DNA of 64,000 nt from Octopus sinensis (GCF_006345805.1 NC_043001.1:2914001-2978000), one strand, 5' to 3'; positions 24,890-40,328 are shown, counted from the stretch's first letter. Numbers and translations are program-made. Notes: generated from the sequence alone by a model not told the origin.

Positions 24890-25300
24890 TAGGGACGAGC
24901 TGGAGCAATTTCACCAGCAGTGCATCTGCTGTATGCTGGGTATTCAGTGGCAGATGCCAATAAATGATGATGATGTCCATGAAAGAAGTCCGTCTGTCAG
25001 CTCAGAGCTTCTTGTATTCAAGCACTTATTGTGATGGAGTGGTCACATGATCTAGATGGAAGACAGCTGGATCTCTAAGCAGTTTGTGTATGGTCAGCTA
25101 ACACCAGGAAACTGACCAGTATACAAACTAGAATTAAATCATAAGAGCTGCATCGAAAATTAAGTGGAAAAGATCAAAATTTTGGAAAATAAATTGGGAA
25201 AACTCTGCTCTAGATCATTCGTTGTTTTGGGAAGCAGTGCATGATGGGAGGAGAGAATCTAAACAAAATTTTATCAAGCATGAACAGCTCAAGGGAGATC
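24890..25300 (+). mobile_element. RTE-clade LINE ORF2 C-terminal remnant
   Basis: LEQFHQQCICCMLGIQWQ...WSGHMI*MEDSWISKQFVYGQL matches the RTE pattern LEQFHQRCLR.IL.I.W...WAGHV.RMED.RIPKQ.LYG.L. Confidence 0.7.
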
Positions 25301-25714
25301 TTCACAAAGCATCTCAACGTGAATTTGCCTGAGTATGTTGGTGCACAGCCCATTTTAACTTTTAATGGGTGAATGCAAGGCAGACCATAGAAGTCATAAG
25401 AGAGGCCAAATACAGTGTACGGTTGTTAGTTATCCATTATTCAGCATTTTTTCATGCAGGGAGTCTGGAAGATAAATGAGTGTCAGAAGGTGGAGTGGTT
25501 ATTATATGAAGGTCTACGTAAAAATATTGTAACAACTACTGCAAGAGGCACCCATCATTGTCACATCAGTACAAAAGAGTGCAAGTGCCTTGCAGTACCG
25601 AAAAGTCAGATCTTTAATAGAACAGGTATTGATAGCATTCCTCAAAATTGAGTTGCAACCATTGGATAGTACTTTTGTTTGTTTGTTTGTTTGTTTGTTT
25701 GTTTGTATGTATGT

Positions 25715-25778
<64 letters not shown>

Positions 25779-26047
25779 ATGCATGCATGTGTGTATGTAT
25801 GCATGCATGTATGTATGTATGTATGTATGTGTGTATGTACATATATTCAATGCTGTTGAAAAGTCTTTGGCTACTTCAAACTATTGTAAATTTCTGTTAA
25901 TTGCCAACTTATAAGTGGATGTTTTGCATCACATATTTTACAGATAAAACATTAGCCCCGTTGGAGTCCTTTCCTTCCATACATAACCATTATATTTTGT
26001 TGTAGGGGTCCTAAGGAGAGGGGAAGATCCAGGACAACCACCAAAAC

Positions 26048-26345
26048 TGGTCGTGCAAAAGTTTTAAACCAATCAAGATGCAGTGTTTTAAAACAGAAAA
26101 ATGTCTCTAATGAAAATTTATTACATAATGTTTCAAGAAGTTACTGTAAATTGTTAATATTTCATGTGGCTTCCCTTAGCTTGAATAATTGCTTCGATGT
26201 GCCTGAGAAGGGATGCGTACAAATCCTTTACCATCTTCACAGGTATGAGATGCCATTCTCTGTGGCTGAGCTTCCACAACTCTTCAAGATTACGTAGATT
26301 CTTCTGACAAACTCTTCTGCCCAGGCTCCATGTCTGTTTCGGCAT
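26048..26345 (-). mobile_element. Tc1-like transposase C-terminal remnant plus TIR
   Basis: NLEELW...EWHLIPVKMVKDLYASLLRHIEAIIQAKGSHMKY*; TIR-like actggtcgtgcaaaagttt. Confidence 0.7.
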
Positions 26346-27070
26346 TGTTTTTATGGCTGAATGCCCTTCCTAATCCTAATCCTAATCCCTTCGTAATCCC
26401 AAATATTTTACAGAGTGCACTGGGTGCTTTTATGCAGCACCAGTGCAGGTGCATTTACACAGCACTGGTACAGTTGCTTTTAATGTGGCACCAGAACCCA
26501 TGAATCCGCAAGATTGGGGATGCTTGGCTGGAAGGGGTTGCAGGGGATGAGCCCCTATGCAAGGACAACGAAGCATTTACTTAGCTTGTCATGTCTTCTC
26601 AAGCCCAGAAAACCACTACGAGTCCCAGTACCCCATCATCCATCCTGTGAGGCCCAACGTCTGAAGATCCTTTCTCTCTTATGATAAGAGATGCAAAAAC
26701 ACCACATCTGCCCAGTCCTTCCCTTATTTGATTTCTAAGTAGCTGTTTTTTTTATCTCTGCTTGGCACTGATGCTGGTATATTTAGATTGACCTGGTAGT
26801 CAAATAGCACAGGTGGTTTTGGTGAAAGCTATGGGTTTAAATCTGCCCAGGGTTATCTCTCTTCAGTATTTCCTATTAAGGAAGACTAAAAAGCCAGAAA
26901 CGGCCATCTGGGAGTCTGATAAGGAAAGGACTTGGCAGATATGATGTTTCTACTCCTTTCTTAGCTTTTACCATAATACAGAATATTTCTCCATGGTAAC
27001 TGCAGAGAATTTGCTTTTGGAAGTTGAAGTATGTTGCAAACATATTTTAACAACCTAAAGATCATTTTCC

Positions 27071-27168
<98 letters not shown>

Positions 27169-27764
27169 ATCTATAGATGGATAGATATATATCTACCTAT
27201 ATATATATGTATAAATACATACATACATACATACATACATACGTACGTACGTACGTACATACATACATACATACATACATACGTACGTACATACATACAC
27301 ACACACATACATACATACATACATACATACATACATACATACACACACACATACATACATACATACCAAAACATTCAGTCTTCCTGTTCCCTCAGTGTAG
27401 CAACCCAACGATGGAACAACAATGGAATAATGAAGAAATATATTTTATTAACAAATGCAAACCGAATCTGAATGTCCTATGCTTTAATTAGCACACGTCA
27501 CTGACAATATTCCCACAATGTTCTTCCAGTTGGTGCCATTAATGCAAACTTCTACAAACTCATAACAATAGCATAACGGACACCATTAGCTGCTCTGACT
27601 GAAAATGAACTCAAATATATTTGTTAATATGTTTGTATTAATGTCGTTTGTGTATATTGTTGCGAATGTATGAATGGTGGTTTATCTTCCTGTCTGCATA
27701 CGTAGGTACATGTCTGTATACAGGTATGTATATTATTAGCGAGTATGTCCTGTGTGTACATGTG

Positions 27765-27812
<48 letters not shown>

Positions 27813-28397
27813 GCATATATATGTGGTTCAAATTTACAGAAAACAAAAGACAAAGACAGGTAAGGAACAACAAACAGGTGCATTATGTATACACATAGCT
27901 ATATATTTAAAAAGTAATGTAAAAATATGGAGGATATATTCTAAACAATTGATAATTTTGAACATATCAATGGCCAAACATGTTATCATAAAATAATGTA
28001 GAAGAATTTTTATAATTATGAACAAGTCACAATTATAACTAAGAGCGTTTCAAAACCATTACATGTTTAGAAATAGCAGTCAAAACCTCTATAAAGCCAT
28101 TTAAATCACTCATATTATGTCTCTTTGCGATAAAAGCCATCTGTGGGTGATATGACAAATAGAATCCACAACTGGTTAATTCCCTATTGCAATTTCAATG
28201 TTAGGGACCTATTAAGGGACTCATTCTTTTCATCAGGGGAATATTCTTGTAGATAGAAACCAAAACAAGACCTTACCTTGGGGCTAACATGTATCCCAGC
28301 TGGCAAGAGAAATGTGTCAACCTCTATCTCCACATTCAATTTATGAATTCAAATGTCATGCACAGCATTTATGAGAAAAGAACGGTAAAAATATCTT

Positions 28398-28950
28398 ATG
28401 GAAGATGACCTCCTGGAATCTGTTCAGAGACGTGCAACCAAACGCATACCCTCCATCAGACACCTACCATACTCTGAGCGCCTTGTTTCCCTGGGCATGG
28501 ATTCACTGAAGCTCCGGCATCTGGCTATGGACTTGGTAAACACCCACAAAGTTATCAACCACCTCACCAACAACAACACGGAACACTTTTTTGATCTCCA
28601 TGTGTCCGACACACGTGGACATGCCTACAAAGTCAGAAAACAGCACAGCTCCCATGACTTTCGGAAACATTTTTTCACGCTCAGAGTTGCTGAAGCATGG
28701 AACAAACTGCCTGCGTCAGTTGTTGACTGCCATGACACTGCATCCTCTAAGGCCCTCATGCTTTCCGAAATCCGTCGAAACTACACCTGATTGTCCCCCT
28801 TCCATACTCATACACATATGTGTATGTATTGACTCATGCACTGTTCTTTTCCTGACGCTTGTACATTACCCTATGTACTATACGTACACTTTAGATGAGT
28901 TGTAGTGCACCTGAGCACTGTACACAATGTGTTATTATTATTATTATTTT
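28398..28950 (+). mobile_element. CR1-clade LINE 3' end (ORF2 C-terminus, 3' UTR, ATT tail)
   Basis: LESVQRRATKRIP...LPYSERL..LG..SL..R...DL...TRGHAYK...RKHFFTLRVAEAWNKLP. Confidence 0.85.
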
Positions 28951-29804
28951 ATTATAAACAATCAATGCATATGTGAGTGTGTATAGAAACACGTGTGAAT
29001 AATTATATGAAATATATGTATAAGAATTAGAAACTTCACTGGATTTGGACAGAAAAATTAAGCAATTCAACTAACACCAGCATATGTGGCAACATAGCAA
29101 CATAAAAAGAAACCCCACACCTTTTGGGAAAAAGTAAAGTTTTTTTTTGTAAAGCAGAAGTCTGATTCTTTATACTTTTGCCTGATATTTTAATGAACAC
29201 CCTTCCCCCTTTTAAAAGAAACCCTCTATTTTTTTCGAGTAAAAATATTATTTTCAGAAAATATTAATCAACATAGGCTCTTATCAAAATCACGTAGGTG
29301 ACATTAAGGCCCATAAACTGTTAGCTGCAACGTTTATCTTTGAAATGATATATACAAAATGGCTGCATAAAATTTAATCGCACATGTTACTTTCTCCACA
29401 TGAACTAAATTGCATTAAAGAACATACTTTAAGCTTTGTGCTGACGGTAGTGAAACCGGTTTGTATAATATGAATTTCTTTCTCTTGCAAAACTTTTTTC
29501 AGTTAAACAGGCACTAAAATTTATTCACTAAAATATTTTTATTGAAGAATATTTTTATGCAAAAACTTTACCGCAAAATGCGATTCCCATTTTTGTGCAA
29601 ACTCACCTTGTGAAAGTATACACTAATAATTTAACAATAAAACTTTTCTATGAAAACTTCTTTATAAAAAAACATAATTTTGTACTTTTATTTTTGTATG
29701 ATGAGATATCTAACAAAAATATTTTCTTCTTATGTTGAAAAATAAAGCTTTTTTATTCATATATATATTTATGAATACATACATACATACATATATATTT
29801 ACAC

Positions 29805-29835
<31 letters not shown>

Positions 29836-29859
29836 GGCATAGGAGTCACTGTGTGGGAA

Positions 29860-30360
29860 GTAGCTAGGTGTAGGAGTGGCTGTACGGTAAGTAGCTTGCT
29901 TACCAACTACATAGTTCCGGGTTCGGTCCCATTGCATGGTGCCTTATACTACAGCCTTAGGCCGACCAAAGCCTTGTGAGTGGATTTGATAGACAGAAAC
30001 TGAGAGAAGCCTGTCGTATATGTGTGTATGTGTGTGTGTGTGTGCCTGTGTATGTCTGAGTATTTGTCTTTGACCCCCCAGCATCGCTTGACAACCAATG
30101 CTGGTGTGTTTACGTCCCTGTAAATTAGCGGTTCGGCAAAAGACACCAATAGAATAAGTACTAGGCTTACAAAGACTAAGTCCTGGAGTCGATTTGCTCG
30201 ACTAAAGGAGGTGCTCCAGCATGGCCATAGTCAAATGATTGAAACATGTCGATTAAATAAGTACCAGTTACACACTGGGGTCGATATAATCGACTTAATC
30301 CATTTGTCAGTAATTGATTGTCCCCTCTGTGTGTAGCCCCTTGTGGGCAGTAAAGAAATA
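29860..30360 (+). mobile_element. SINE family C, near full length, followed by a family B 3' part
   Basis: ggagtggctgtacggtaagtagcttgc...gttccgggttcggtcccattgc...gaccaaagccttgtgagtggattt...ggtgctccagcatggcc; then aagtaccagttacacactggggtcg. Confidence 0.75.
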
Positions 30361-32072
30361 GGTAACATTTAATTCCATCAACAATTTGCGAAGTAGACCA
30401 CAGATGCTGCCAGTAAGAAGATTACAGGTCAGTGCAGGTGTTATATTTGCAGCCACTTTTCTTCTTTTTGCCTTGCACCCTGAAGCCTGTTTTGACCCAT
30501 CAATCTCCATTTTGCCCGTTCCAAGGCTGTACACTCAAAGGTGTTGTGAGCTATCTTCATTTCTAAGGAGGCACCCTTCAGATTGTCCTTATATCTGAGC
30601 CATGGGCGACTAACATTCCTCTGCCCACTCTCAAGCTGGCTGCACATGAGGAATTATATATATATATATATATATATACACATGCATATACAGTTTTACA
30701 TACATACATCTATCTGGCCACAGAAAATCTGCTTCAATAAATATCATCCGATGCACAAAAGCATGGAAAAGTGGACATTAAAATGATGATGAGGGTGATG
30801 TGTGTGTGGGTGTTTGTGTATGCGTATGCACATTTGTGCTTTTGCTTTTGCATTGTGTGGGTGGGTGCATGCTTTAGTCAATTAATTCCAGCTGAACCAA
30901 GCTTTGCACACATCAGCAAATGTATTCGTTGCTGTTTTTATTTGTAAGAACAGTTATTCTTACAGGGTTATGCAGGACTGATTTGGTAATTGCAGCTGAT
31001 GAAGTGTAATGAGGCTGAAAAGCATATGTCCCACAGTCCAGTGATGTCATTCAAAACACTGTCATGTGTTTTCACACATAATGTCTATGAGAAAATCTTT
31101 TTTCCATTATTATTTCTGCAATGAAAAATGTTCTCCTGTTCAAGAAGTGTACATAAACATACGATTGTACACACACACAATACTGTTAACTATAATTACT
31201 GCAAGACAGCCCCAACTGAGAAGACCTGTGATTAGATACATTCCCTCTATGACTATTTTGCCAGTGTTTTGTTCTTTCCTGTGATAGTATAACTTGAACT
31301 ACATCCTCTTACGTCTGCTTTACTGAGACAGAATTGAGTAGATTGAGAGAAATTTGGTTGCTAGTTCTAGCACAATGAATGTCTTCATTGACTTCTTCGT
31401 GGTAGCTCAGATATCATAAGTCTACTTGCCGTAATGTGTTTGAACATTTCTTATGGTTTTACCAATCTTACTCAGCTAAACAATTCTGTGATATATTTCA
31501 GAGAAACAGTTTATTCAGGCTGGATTAGAAAACAAAAGGTATTTCATGTCATGAGGACTTTCGCAATCAATATTTATTCTTCTGCTATGAAGAAACTGGG
31601 GAAATATGTCCATTAGCTAGAGGAAGCATTTAAATATCTATTCGAGTGAAATCTATCCCAACTTAAACTACTTCTCATCTAAGCAGCTTCGACAACTGAC
31701 ATCTTTTGTTGTCCAAAAAATGGCTATCTCAAATTGCGCCTGTCATTTGATCTGTAATATCAATCGATTTCTCTCTTTTTTTACAAAAACACATTAAAAT
31801 CTAGTCAAAGGATGTCATAGAAGGAAACGACAAAAACGTACATTAAAGCTGGTTGTTAGTAGTTATTGCTAAAGTCTACAACAGCAAAGAAACACGAAAG
31901 TAACCAATAATTTCTTTGTCGACAATCTAAGAGTCAGCTGGATTTAATAACTTTTCAGTTGATATAAGCAGAGAATTCCATCAGCACTAATATTTCTACC
32001 AAAATAGGTGCGTGTGAGAAATTGGTTTCCAAAACCAAAAGCATTCACATCAACACACTCTTTCTCTTTCCA

Positions 32073-32130
<58 letters not shown>

Positions 32131-33347
32131 ATCTTAGCTCTTCTAAACAATAAGTGCTTAAATACCAAGCTATTGACAAAACAATATTGCGTAAGAGTTC
32201 TACGACTAAAGTTAGAAAGGTTGAATGGCTTTCTTTTTCTTATGTTTTCAGTGCTAGAACTGGTTTGGACATATAAATTCGAAATTATTGACTCGACTTC
32301 AGTAAAAATAAGTTATATCGACATAATAATCCACATGATCTTTGCATCAATCAGACGATTCCATAGAAATAGCAATATTGATGGGTTCCATTGCAGACAA
32401 AAAAAAAAAAGAAGAAAAGTCTAATAAGATAAACGTCAGGTATCTTTGAAGTAATACAAGAACAACAACAACAGAAACAAAAGTATTGAGATTTATCCAT
32501 TATTCAAAGTGAGGAAACCACTGTCTTGGAAAAAGGATGAGAATTGGTCAAGAACCTTTTAGTTCTGAGGAGTTCCAAAAGGATCATAAAAGTGTGTGTG
32601 AATACAATGAAATGTATGAGTATTTGCTATGATTATTTTGAAGTGTCTTTTAGATTCCCTTCTGCTGCATCATGGGAAATTATAAATGCTACATTTTCAA
32701 CATCCAGATGCAACAAGATGCAAAAATATATCTGATGAACAAAACAAATATTTAATTGAAATTCAGCCAGAAAAAGTAGATTGGGTTTCATTTCTGCACA
32801 AGACTTCAATCCATTCCATTCTCTGTGACATGATATTACCTCAACAGGTTATTGCTTCTTATTTGGCAATGGTACCTCTGTTACACTCCCACAGATATTA
32901 TACACTCCAAGACATTGCTTTTTTTCTACTGCAACTACATTAGAAAATTACTATTTTCAATCTCACAATGAGAGATATTCAGCAACAGTACATTACAGTA
33001 AAGATTATTTGCCAACATAACATGGTAGTCCTGGTTTAGGACGAATGTTACTGTAATTTAGCCCCAGGAAACATCGTCTCCAGCTGGTTATACGACACGA
33101 TCTGTGTCTTTATATTTTCGAACAAGGGAATCTAGCAACCCCACTCAGCTCAAAACAATATCTGTGTATCGTGATTTCCAGGTTATTTCTCTTCATCAGC
33201 TGAACAATTATTCTGTGCTGATGAAGGGAAATAACCCTTTTGAGGGTGTTCTCCAGGCTGATGAGAGCTCAGTACAATGGTTTGATTTTTGTTCAATTCT
33301 TCTGCTAGTCTTAATTAATTGAGCTATAACACTTCAATTCATTTTCA

Positions 33348-33573
33348 TGACATACCCCACGCATATGTATATGTGTGCACATATATATATATATGTGTCT
33401 GTGTGTATACGAAGAAAGAGAGAGAAAAAGTGATAAAGCGTGAGAAACATAGATGTATTCTTTAACATATCTATCAGCAATTCTATTCACACACATACAT
33501 GCACATAGACTCTGGAATATCTCTATCTATCTAGCTTTCACACCAGTCATTGTATCTATTCCTGAACACTGAC
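33348..33573. repeat. 222-bp unit bounded by TGAC...TGAC; inverted, permuted copy at 35762-36022
   Basis: Identical to the reverse complement of 35762-35985 apart from one extra TA. Confidence 0.9.
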
Positions 33574-33890
33574 GAAGAATTGTACAAGATTATGTGATGT
33601 TTCAATGGCTATTTTGTGATTCTAAGGGCAATTCGACAAAATGTGTGCATGTTCTATAAAATTTTAAATACAGACATGTTCTCTGTATTTCCTTAATTCT
33701 TCAACATGACTCGTATTCTGCATTTTAGCCTATCATGAGATCCAGTGTCCTGTGTCATTCCACACAAGACACAGAAGTGGTGTTTGGGATCCTTTACTGA
33801 CGCCAAACTTTGGTTACATGTTGCAATTCATAGTGAATATTTTCTTCTCACCCACCCTGTCCCTCCTCCTTTCTCCCTCTCCATCTATCC

Positions 33891-33981
<91 letters not shown>

Positions 33982-35761
33982 AATCTATCTATCTATCTAT
34001 CTATCTACCTATATATATATATATAGAGAGAGAGAGATATTTCTCTTTTACACTCGGGCTTCCTGTTTCTTGATGTGAACTTGTGTGGGAAGCAAATTTT
34101 GATGTGTCTTGGGAGGGCTATTATACCAATCGTGGAGGCACAATGGCCTCTGTTGTACCTGTAATTCAAAGGGCCAGGCTTGTCACACTCTGTGTCATGC
34201 TTAATCTCCCCAAGAACTACGTTAAGGGTACACATGTCTGTGGAGTGCCCAGCCACTTACACATTAATTTCACAAGCAGGCTGTTCCGTTGATTGGATCA
34301 ACTCGAATCCTCATCATCATAACCAACAGAGTGCCACCATTATGCAAATAATAATAATTCACCCACTCGTTCACTATTACTTCTTTATTATTTGTCAACA
34401 GGTTAAATATTCAATCAACTGAGAATGAAGAAGTGTTATTGAACCAATGCATGTGCTATCATTATAAGCATAATGACCCACCCAAGACACAACAATATAT
34501 ATATATGTCTGTGTGTTTGGTGTGTGTGTGTGTGTAATATGGTCATTCCATATTTCAGTAAGTTATGTGTAAAAGGTCGACTCTGATGATCCCACTGTGA
34601 TATGATATATTATTCCAGTCCTGACCATCCCACTGAGATGTATTTATTAGTACATTATACAATGTGTTGTAGTGATGAAAGAGAATAAAATGAGGGAGAT
34701 TTGGTTGCCATTTCTTGGATGCCAATCACCACAATATAGGTTCCTCTTTAATTAGTCAAACACACATAGATTGAGAAACCGTTCGATGTCATGATGCAAA
34801 TGTTTAACAGGATTGGTTCAGTGAGTAATTTGATGATAGTGATTAGGAAAGAAGGCAAAACTTTGCCAAGCAGGAACCCTTTCATTCAAAGCCTGTGGCA
34901 GCAGATACAACAAGACGCACAAACAACGGAGGATGATATTGTATGACATGGACAAAAATTATAGGAAAAAACAAACTGCTGCAAGCACTTACACAAACAT
35001 CCAAATTTACATATGTATCCAGCATGTGCTGACAAGAAAATGTCAATATTTCACAGAAAATTTATATAAAAAGAAATTATAGATGTAAGAAAAAAAAACA
35101 ACAGTAAGTTAAAGAAAATAGACCTAAAGAAGCCCCCCCCCCCCAAAAAAAAAAACTGTTTTGAAAAGTGTTCCTAATTTTCCTTCAAAGATTTAGTTTT
35201 ATCACGGCTTCATATTTTCCAAACCTATTTTAAACTTCTTTGGTTCTTCTGAAAATATTGATGCAGAAACTGTTCGGAATAAAATGATCTCTGAAATTCC
35301 ATTCATATTCTTTCAAAGAATGAGAAAAAAAAAATGTAAAGAAGAAATTCAATCCCATCATACATTGCATATTCTGACTGTATTTTTTTTTGTTTATTCC
35401 TACAAGAATTTCAGGCAAATTCTTATGCCTTCAGCAGAGTGTAGTTATAATAATTGTGCAATTGGCAAAAAAATAAAAGTTGGACAAAATTGAAAGAAAA
35501 TTTAAGTGATGTCAATTTTGCAAGCAAATAACTGGTTTGTTTGGGGTTTTTTTGTGATATAAGTTGGGTTGGATGCAAGAGTGCATGTGCGGTTGTCTTT
35601 TAAATTATATTAATAATTATTGATTTCTTTTTCTGGTGCACACACGTGCATACATACACACACACGTGCATGGATAGATTCAGAGACAGGTAGAGAGATA
35701 TAACAAACAATGCATATACAGATATACATGTGTGTGTGTGACTGTGTGTGTGTATATGTAT

Positions 35762-36022
35762 GTGTTCAGGAATAGATACAATGACTGGTGTGAAAGCTAG
35801 ATAGATAGAGATATTCCAGAGTCTATGTGCATGTATGTGTGTGAATAGAATTGCTGATAGATATGTTAAAGAATACATCTATGTTTCTCACGCTTTATCA
35901 CTTTTTCTCTCTCTTTCTTCGTATACACACAGACACATATATATATATATATGTGCACACATATACATATGCGTGGGGTATGTCAGTGTTCAGGAATAGA
36001 TACAATGACTGGTGTGAAAGCT
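35762..36022. repeat. Inverted copy of 33348-33573 with 37-bp terminal redundancy
   Basis: gtgttcaggaatagatacaatgactggtgtgaaagct at 35762-35798 and again at 35986-36022. Confidence 0.9.
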
Positions 36023-36819
36023 CACTATTATGTTTCTGTTATGCAAACTATCAATTTGGCTACAATCTTATGACTAATGAGTGAAACTAGTAAAAGAATT
36101 TTTAAATTCTTTATAAATGAATTATGACTCTGAGTAAAGATTAAAGAGTAACGATCTACAGCAACCAAACTTAGCAGTGCTTGCCACTTCTCTTTGATTT
36201 TAGTAGAAAAATTGATTTGAAATGTTTTATTCCATTTTATTTTGTCTGCAATACGACAATGACGACTTCTACAATTTAGTAAAATCCTTCCTAATTAAAG
36301 GCATCTCCTACTTATTAATATCAGTTTTGTCCAAACTGCTGTGTATTGACTGGACCACATGAATTATGGAAGTTCATTCAGATATGTTTAGGGAAATGGA
36401 GGCAGGTGTTGTGTAAGTTATAGACATTTGGTGACGTACAAGTTTGTTGTACAATAATGCCAAAGGTAGGCACTCAAAGAAACATGTGTATTGTTATTTT
36501 ACAGCTTGGCTCCAGTCAAAGTAACCCATGAACAAAGATGCTCCAAGCATCCTTTGGCATGTTAGATTGCATTATCAGGTTTTGTTTCCTTTACTTGAGA
36601 AAGTAAAATGTACAAAAGAACTTCAAACATGAGACACCTATATCTAAACATTAACCAAGCCTGATTAGATTAACTGTGAAGGAATAGCAACATGATGGCC
36701 ACAAACTCTGACTGCACAAGCACTTTTCACTTCAAAGGAATGAAAGATTACGCTATAAGAAATTCACAATCAAGTATGATAAATGTATATTCCCATCATC
36801 AGCTGCCAAACAGATATCA

Positions 36820-36884
36820 CTATGGTTTTGATACATGTGCAGCACCATTTAATCCTGTGATAAGATTTGAGGAGAGTTTAGCTG
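36820..36884 (-). CDS. Candidate terminal coding exon of an unidentified host gene
   Basis: Acceptor ttttcctgcattag| then xAKLSSNLITGLNGAAHVSKP*; no homology evidence. Confidence 0.25.
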
Positions 36885-37108
36885 CTAATGCAGGAAAATT
36901 CAGTGAGCACACAGACAATCACTTATTGGCTCGTGGTTATATAAACAGGATGAGCCATAAGTGTACAAATCATAGACAACAGAAGATAAAATTAATCCTG
37001 AAATTTTTTAATACATTTTATAGGAAATAAAAGTGAAAAATAGTTTTGGGTCAAATTGTGGAAAGCATAATTCCATTGAATATGCCATGTAGCAATTTAT
37101 TTATAATA

Positions 37109-37147
<39 letters not shown>

Positions 37148-38689
37148 ATTAAAAAAGAAGAAGCAAATAGGTGATCCATGGTTGCTGACACTTGTTAAAC
37201 ATGCAAAATAAACAATAATATATATATACACCACCTACTTCTCCTCCTCCTCCTCCTCTTCCTTCTTCTGTATCTCCACCTTCTACTCATTTGTTGCCTC
37301 TAATTTTCCTTGCTTGCAACAATGAGATGAAAGTAGATTTTTCTCTCGCTGGATGCCATCCCTTTCACCATACATGTGTGTGTGTATCTATGCATGTGTG
37401 TGTGATTGTATATATATATATGTATATGTATGCATGTATGTATGTCAACCTGTTGCATGGTTAAATTGACAACAACTAAGCCAACAACCTCCATGAGGCT
37501 GACCTAGTTGGGTAGGTTGGTGTCACAGCATGGAAGCTGTGGGTGTAAACATGGGGGAAATTGCCTGTGGGTTCAATGACCTCATGCAGGGGTATTACTG
37601 GTATTCTGTATGGGCTGAGGTCAGATATTGTCTTCCTCAGTTGCAAGTGGACAGCCACCATCATGTGCGTATAGATGTATGTACATGTACATATATATAT
37701 GCATATATGTATATATACATATATGCATATGTATATGTATATATATATATATGTATATATATGTGTATGTATATCTATCTATCTATATATATGTATATAT
37801 ACATGTATATATATATATATATGTATATAGATATATATATATGTATGTATATATATACATACATATATATATGTATGTACATATACATATACATACACAC
37901 ACACACATATATATGCACACATACGCATACACAAACTCAAACATACATACACACACATACATGCACAATAAAGTGTTGCTTTTTCTTTTATCATATTTCT
38001 GCTTTTCATATTTTGTGTATAAATTTCAAAGTATTATAATTTATTTATCTATTAAAAGCTTTGAAAATATCATTTATTGCCATCTTTGTAATCTCGCCAC
38101 ATTTCACCCTCTTATATTTCAACATAATGTGCGTATATGGTGTCACTGTCACCTGTGTGTGTGTATGTGTGCACACGTGTGTATGTGTGTATGCGTGTGT
38201 ATATGTATATATGTAAATGCATATGAGTGTTCATGTGTATGTATGTGAGTGTATGTGTTTGTATGTGTGTTTATGTGTGTATGCATGTATGTGTATGAAA
38301 GTGTGTGAGAAAGGAAGAGAGAGAGAGAGAGAGAGAGAGTCACAGAGAGACAGAGGGTGGGGTTTGGAAAATAGCTTGGGTAATAGGAATTTTACGCTAC
38401 CAGTTCCAAACGAGCAGCAACTAATGAGTCAGAAAAGTTGCTAATTAGAAACACAAATTTAAACTCATGTCTGTATTTGCATATTGCATGAAATATTAGG
38501 GAGAACCCAATGGAGGGAGTTAGAGAGTGAAGCTATAAAAGAACAGATTTTGGTTTTTCTTGTTTGGAAAATTTCTCTGTTGTTTTTGGTGTTGTTGTTA
38601 TTGTCGATAATTCCTTTTAATATTCACCATTCTCACCACACCGTCCTATTCTCTTGTCACAAATTTACCTCTTGTGCTTGTGTGTTTAA

Positions 38690-38730
<41 letters not shown>

Positions 38731-38897
38731 GGGTGTGTGTGTATGTGTGTGCATGTGTGCACGAGTAAGTGTTGTTTGTATGTGCCCAAATTTGTACGTG
38801 TTCGAGTTTGTGTGTGAGTGCGTGGCGATATTTTGTTGGAATATAAAAGATAAAAGACAATATTAACAACAACAACAAAAATATTAATAATAACAAC

Positions 38898-38929
<32 letters not shown>

Positions 38930-39543
38930 AATAATAATAATAACAATAACAACAATAATAATAATAATAAAAATAACAATAATAATAATAATTAATAATA
39001 ATAATAATAATAATAACTGATGATGCTAATAATACAAACAGTCGCATGAACAACACTAACAAAAACAACAGCAAGGACAACAACAACAACGTGATAAAAG
39101 TTACGGAAGGTTCCTTACTGAGTTTGCACAGTATTGTTTACCTCTTTGAACATTTTCCCCACTTTAGAATACATCTTTGTATTGAGTGAGAGCAACAAAT
39201 TAATAAACAAATAGTAGTAGTAGTAGTAGTAGTAGCAATTGCAGCATCAGCAGCATCGGCAGCAGCCGCCGTAGTATCGCTATGTTCTTGCTCTATCATT
39301 ACTGTCTATTATCCTTATTAAAAATATACATAGATAAATAAATAACAAAGAAATTATTATTATTGTTTTGTGCTGGTGGTGGTGGTGGTTGTGGTGGTGG
39401 TATTAGTCGTAGTAACATTAGTGGTAGTAGTAGTAGTAGCAGCAGCAGCAGCAGCTGAAATGATATAATATAAACTGAATAACATCATAATTGTCTTGAA
39501 GGGGGTACAATTTACGGTTAAATACATACAAACACACACTCAT

Positions 39544-39610
<67 letters not shown>

Positions 39611-39715
39611 TTCACACACACATTTATAGACATGTGTGTGTTCATGTACATATATATATATATATATTATACATAACTATATATTTTCATACATGCATAC
39701 ACATGTCTGTCTGTC

Positions 39716-39748
<33 letters not shown>

Positions 39749-39815
39749 ATGTGAGAATTTATATATATATATATACACATATGCACAAATACATATATAT
39801 AAACACATGCACAGG

Positions 39816-39846
<31 letters not shown>

Positions 39847-39850
39847 GAAT

Positions 39851-40295
39851 ATAAAACATATTTGTGTATATATAAATATATATATTATATATATTTAATC
39901 ATGATATATATATATGTATATATAAACATATAATATATAAATATATGTTTATATATGCATATATATATATACATATATATATAAATATATACAAATATAT
40001 ACATATATATATACATATATGCATACATACATACATACACACACATACACACTCTCACACACACACATACACATATATATGAATGATATATGTATATATA
40101 TCATATACAATATATATATGCTGATACACACACACAAACACACACGCACACACACACACACCACACACACACACACATATATACATACATGCATATATAT
40201 ATACACATACATATACATATGTACATACATACACACACATACACATATATATATATAGATATAAAACATATTTGTGTATATATAAATATATATAT

Positions 40296-40328
<33 letters not shown>

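Noticed and set aside
30990-31040. CTGATGA-agt...gct-GAAA possible hammerhead
   Set aside because: Stems I and III cannot form
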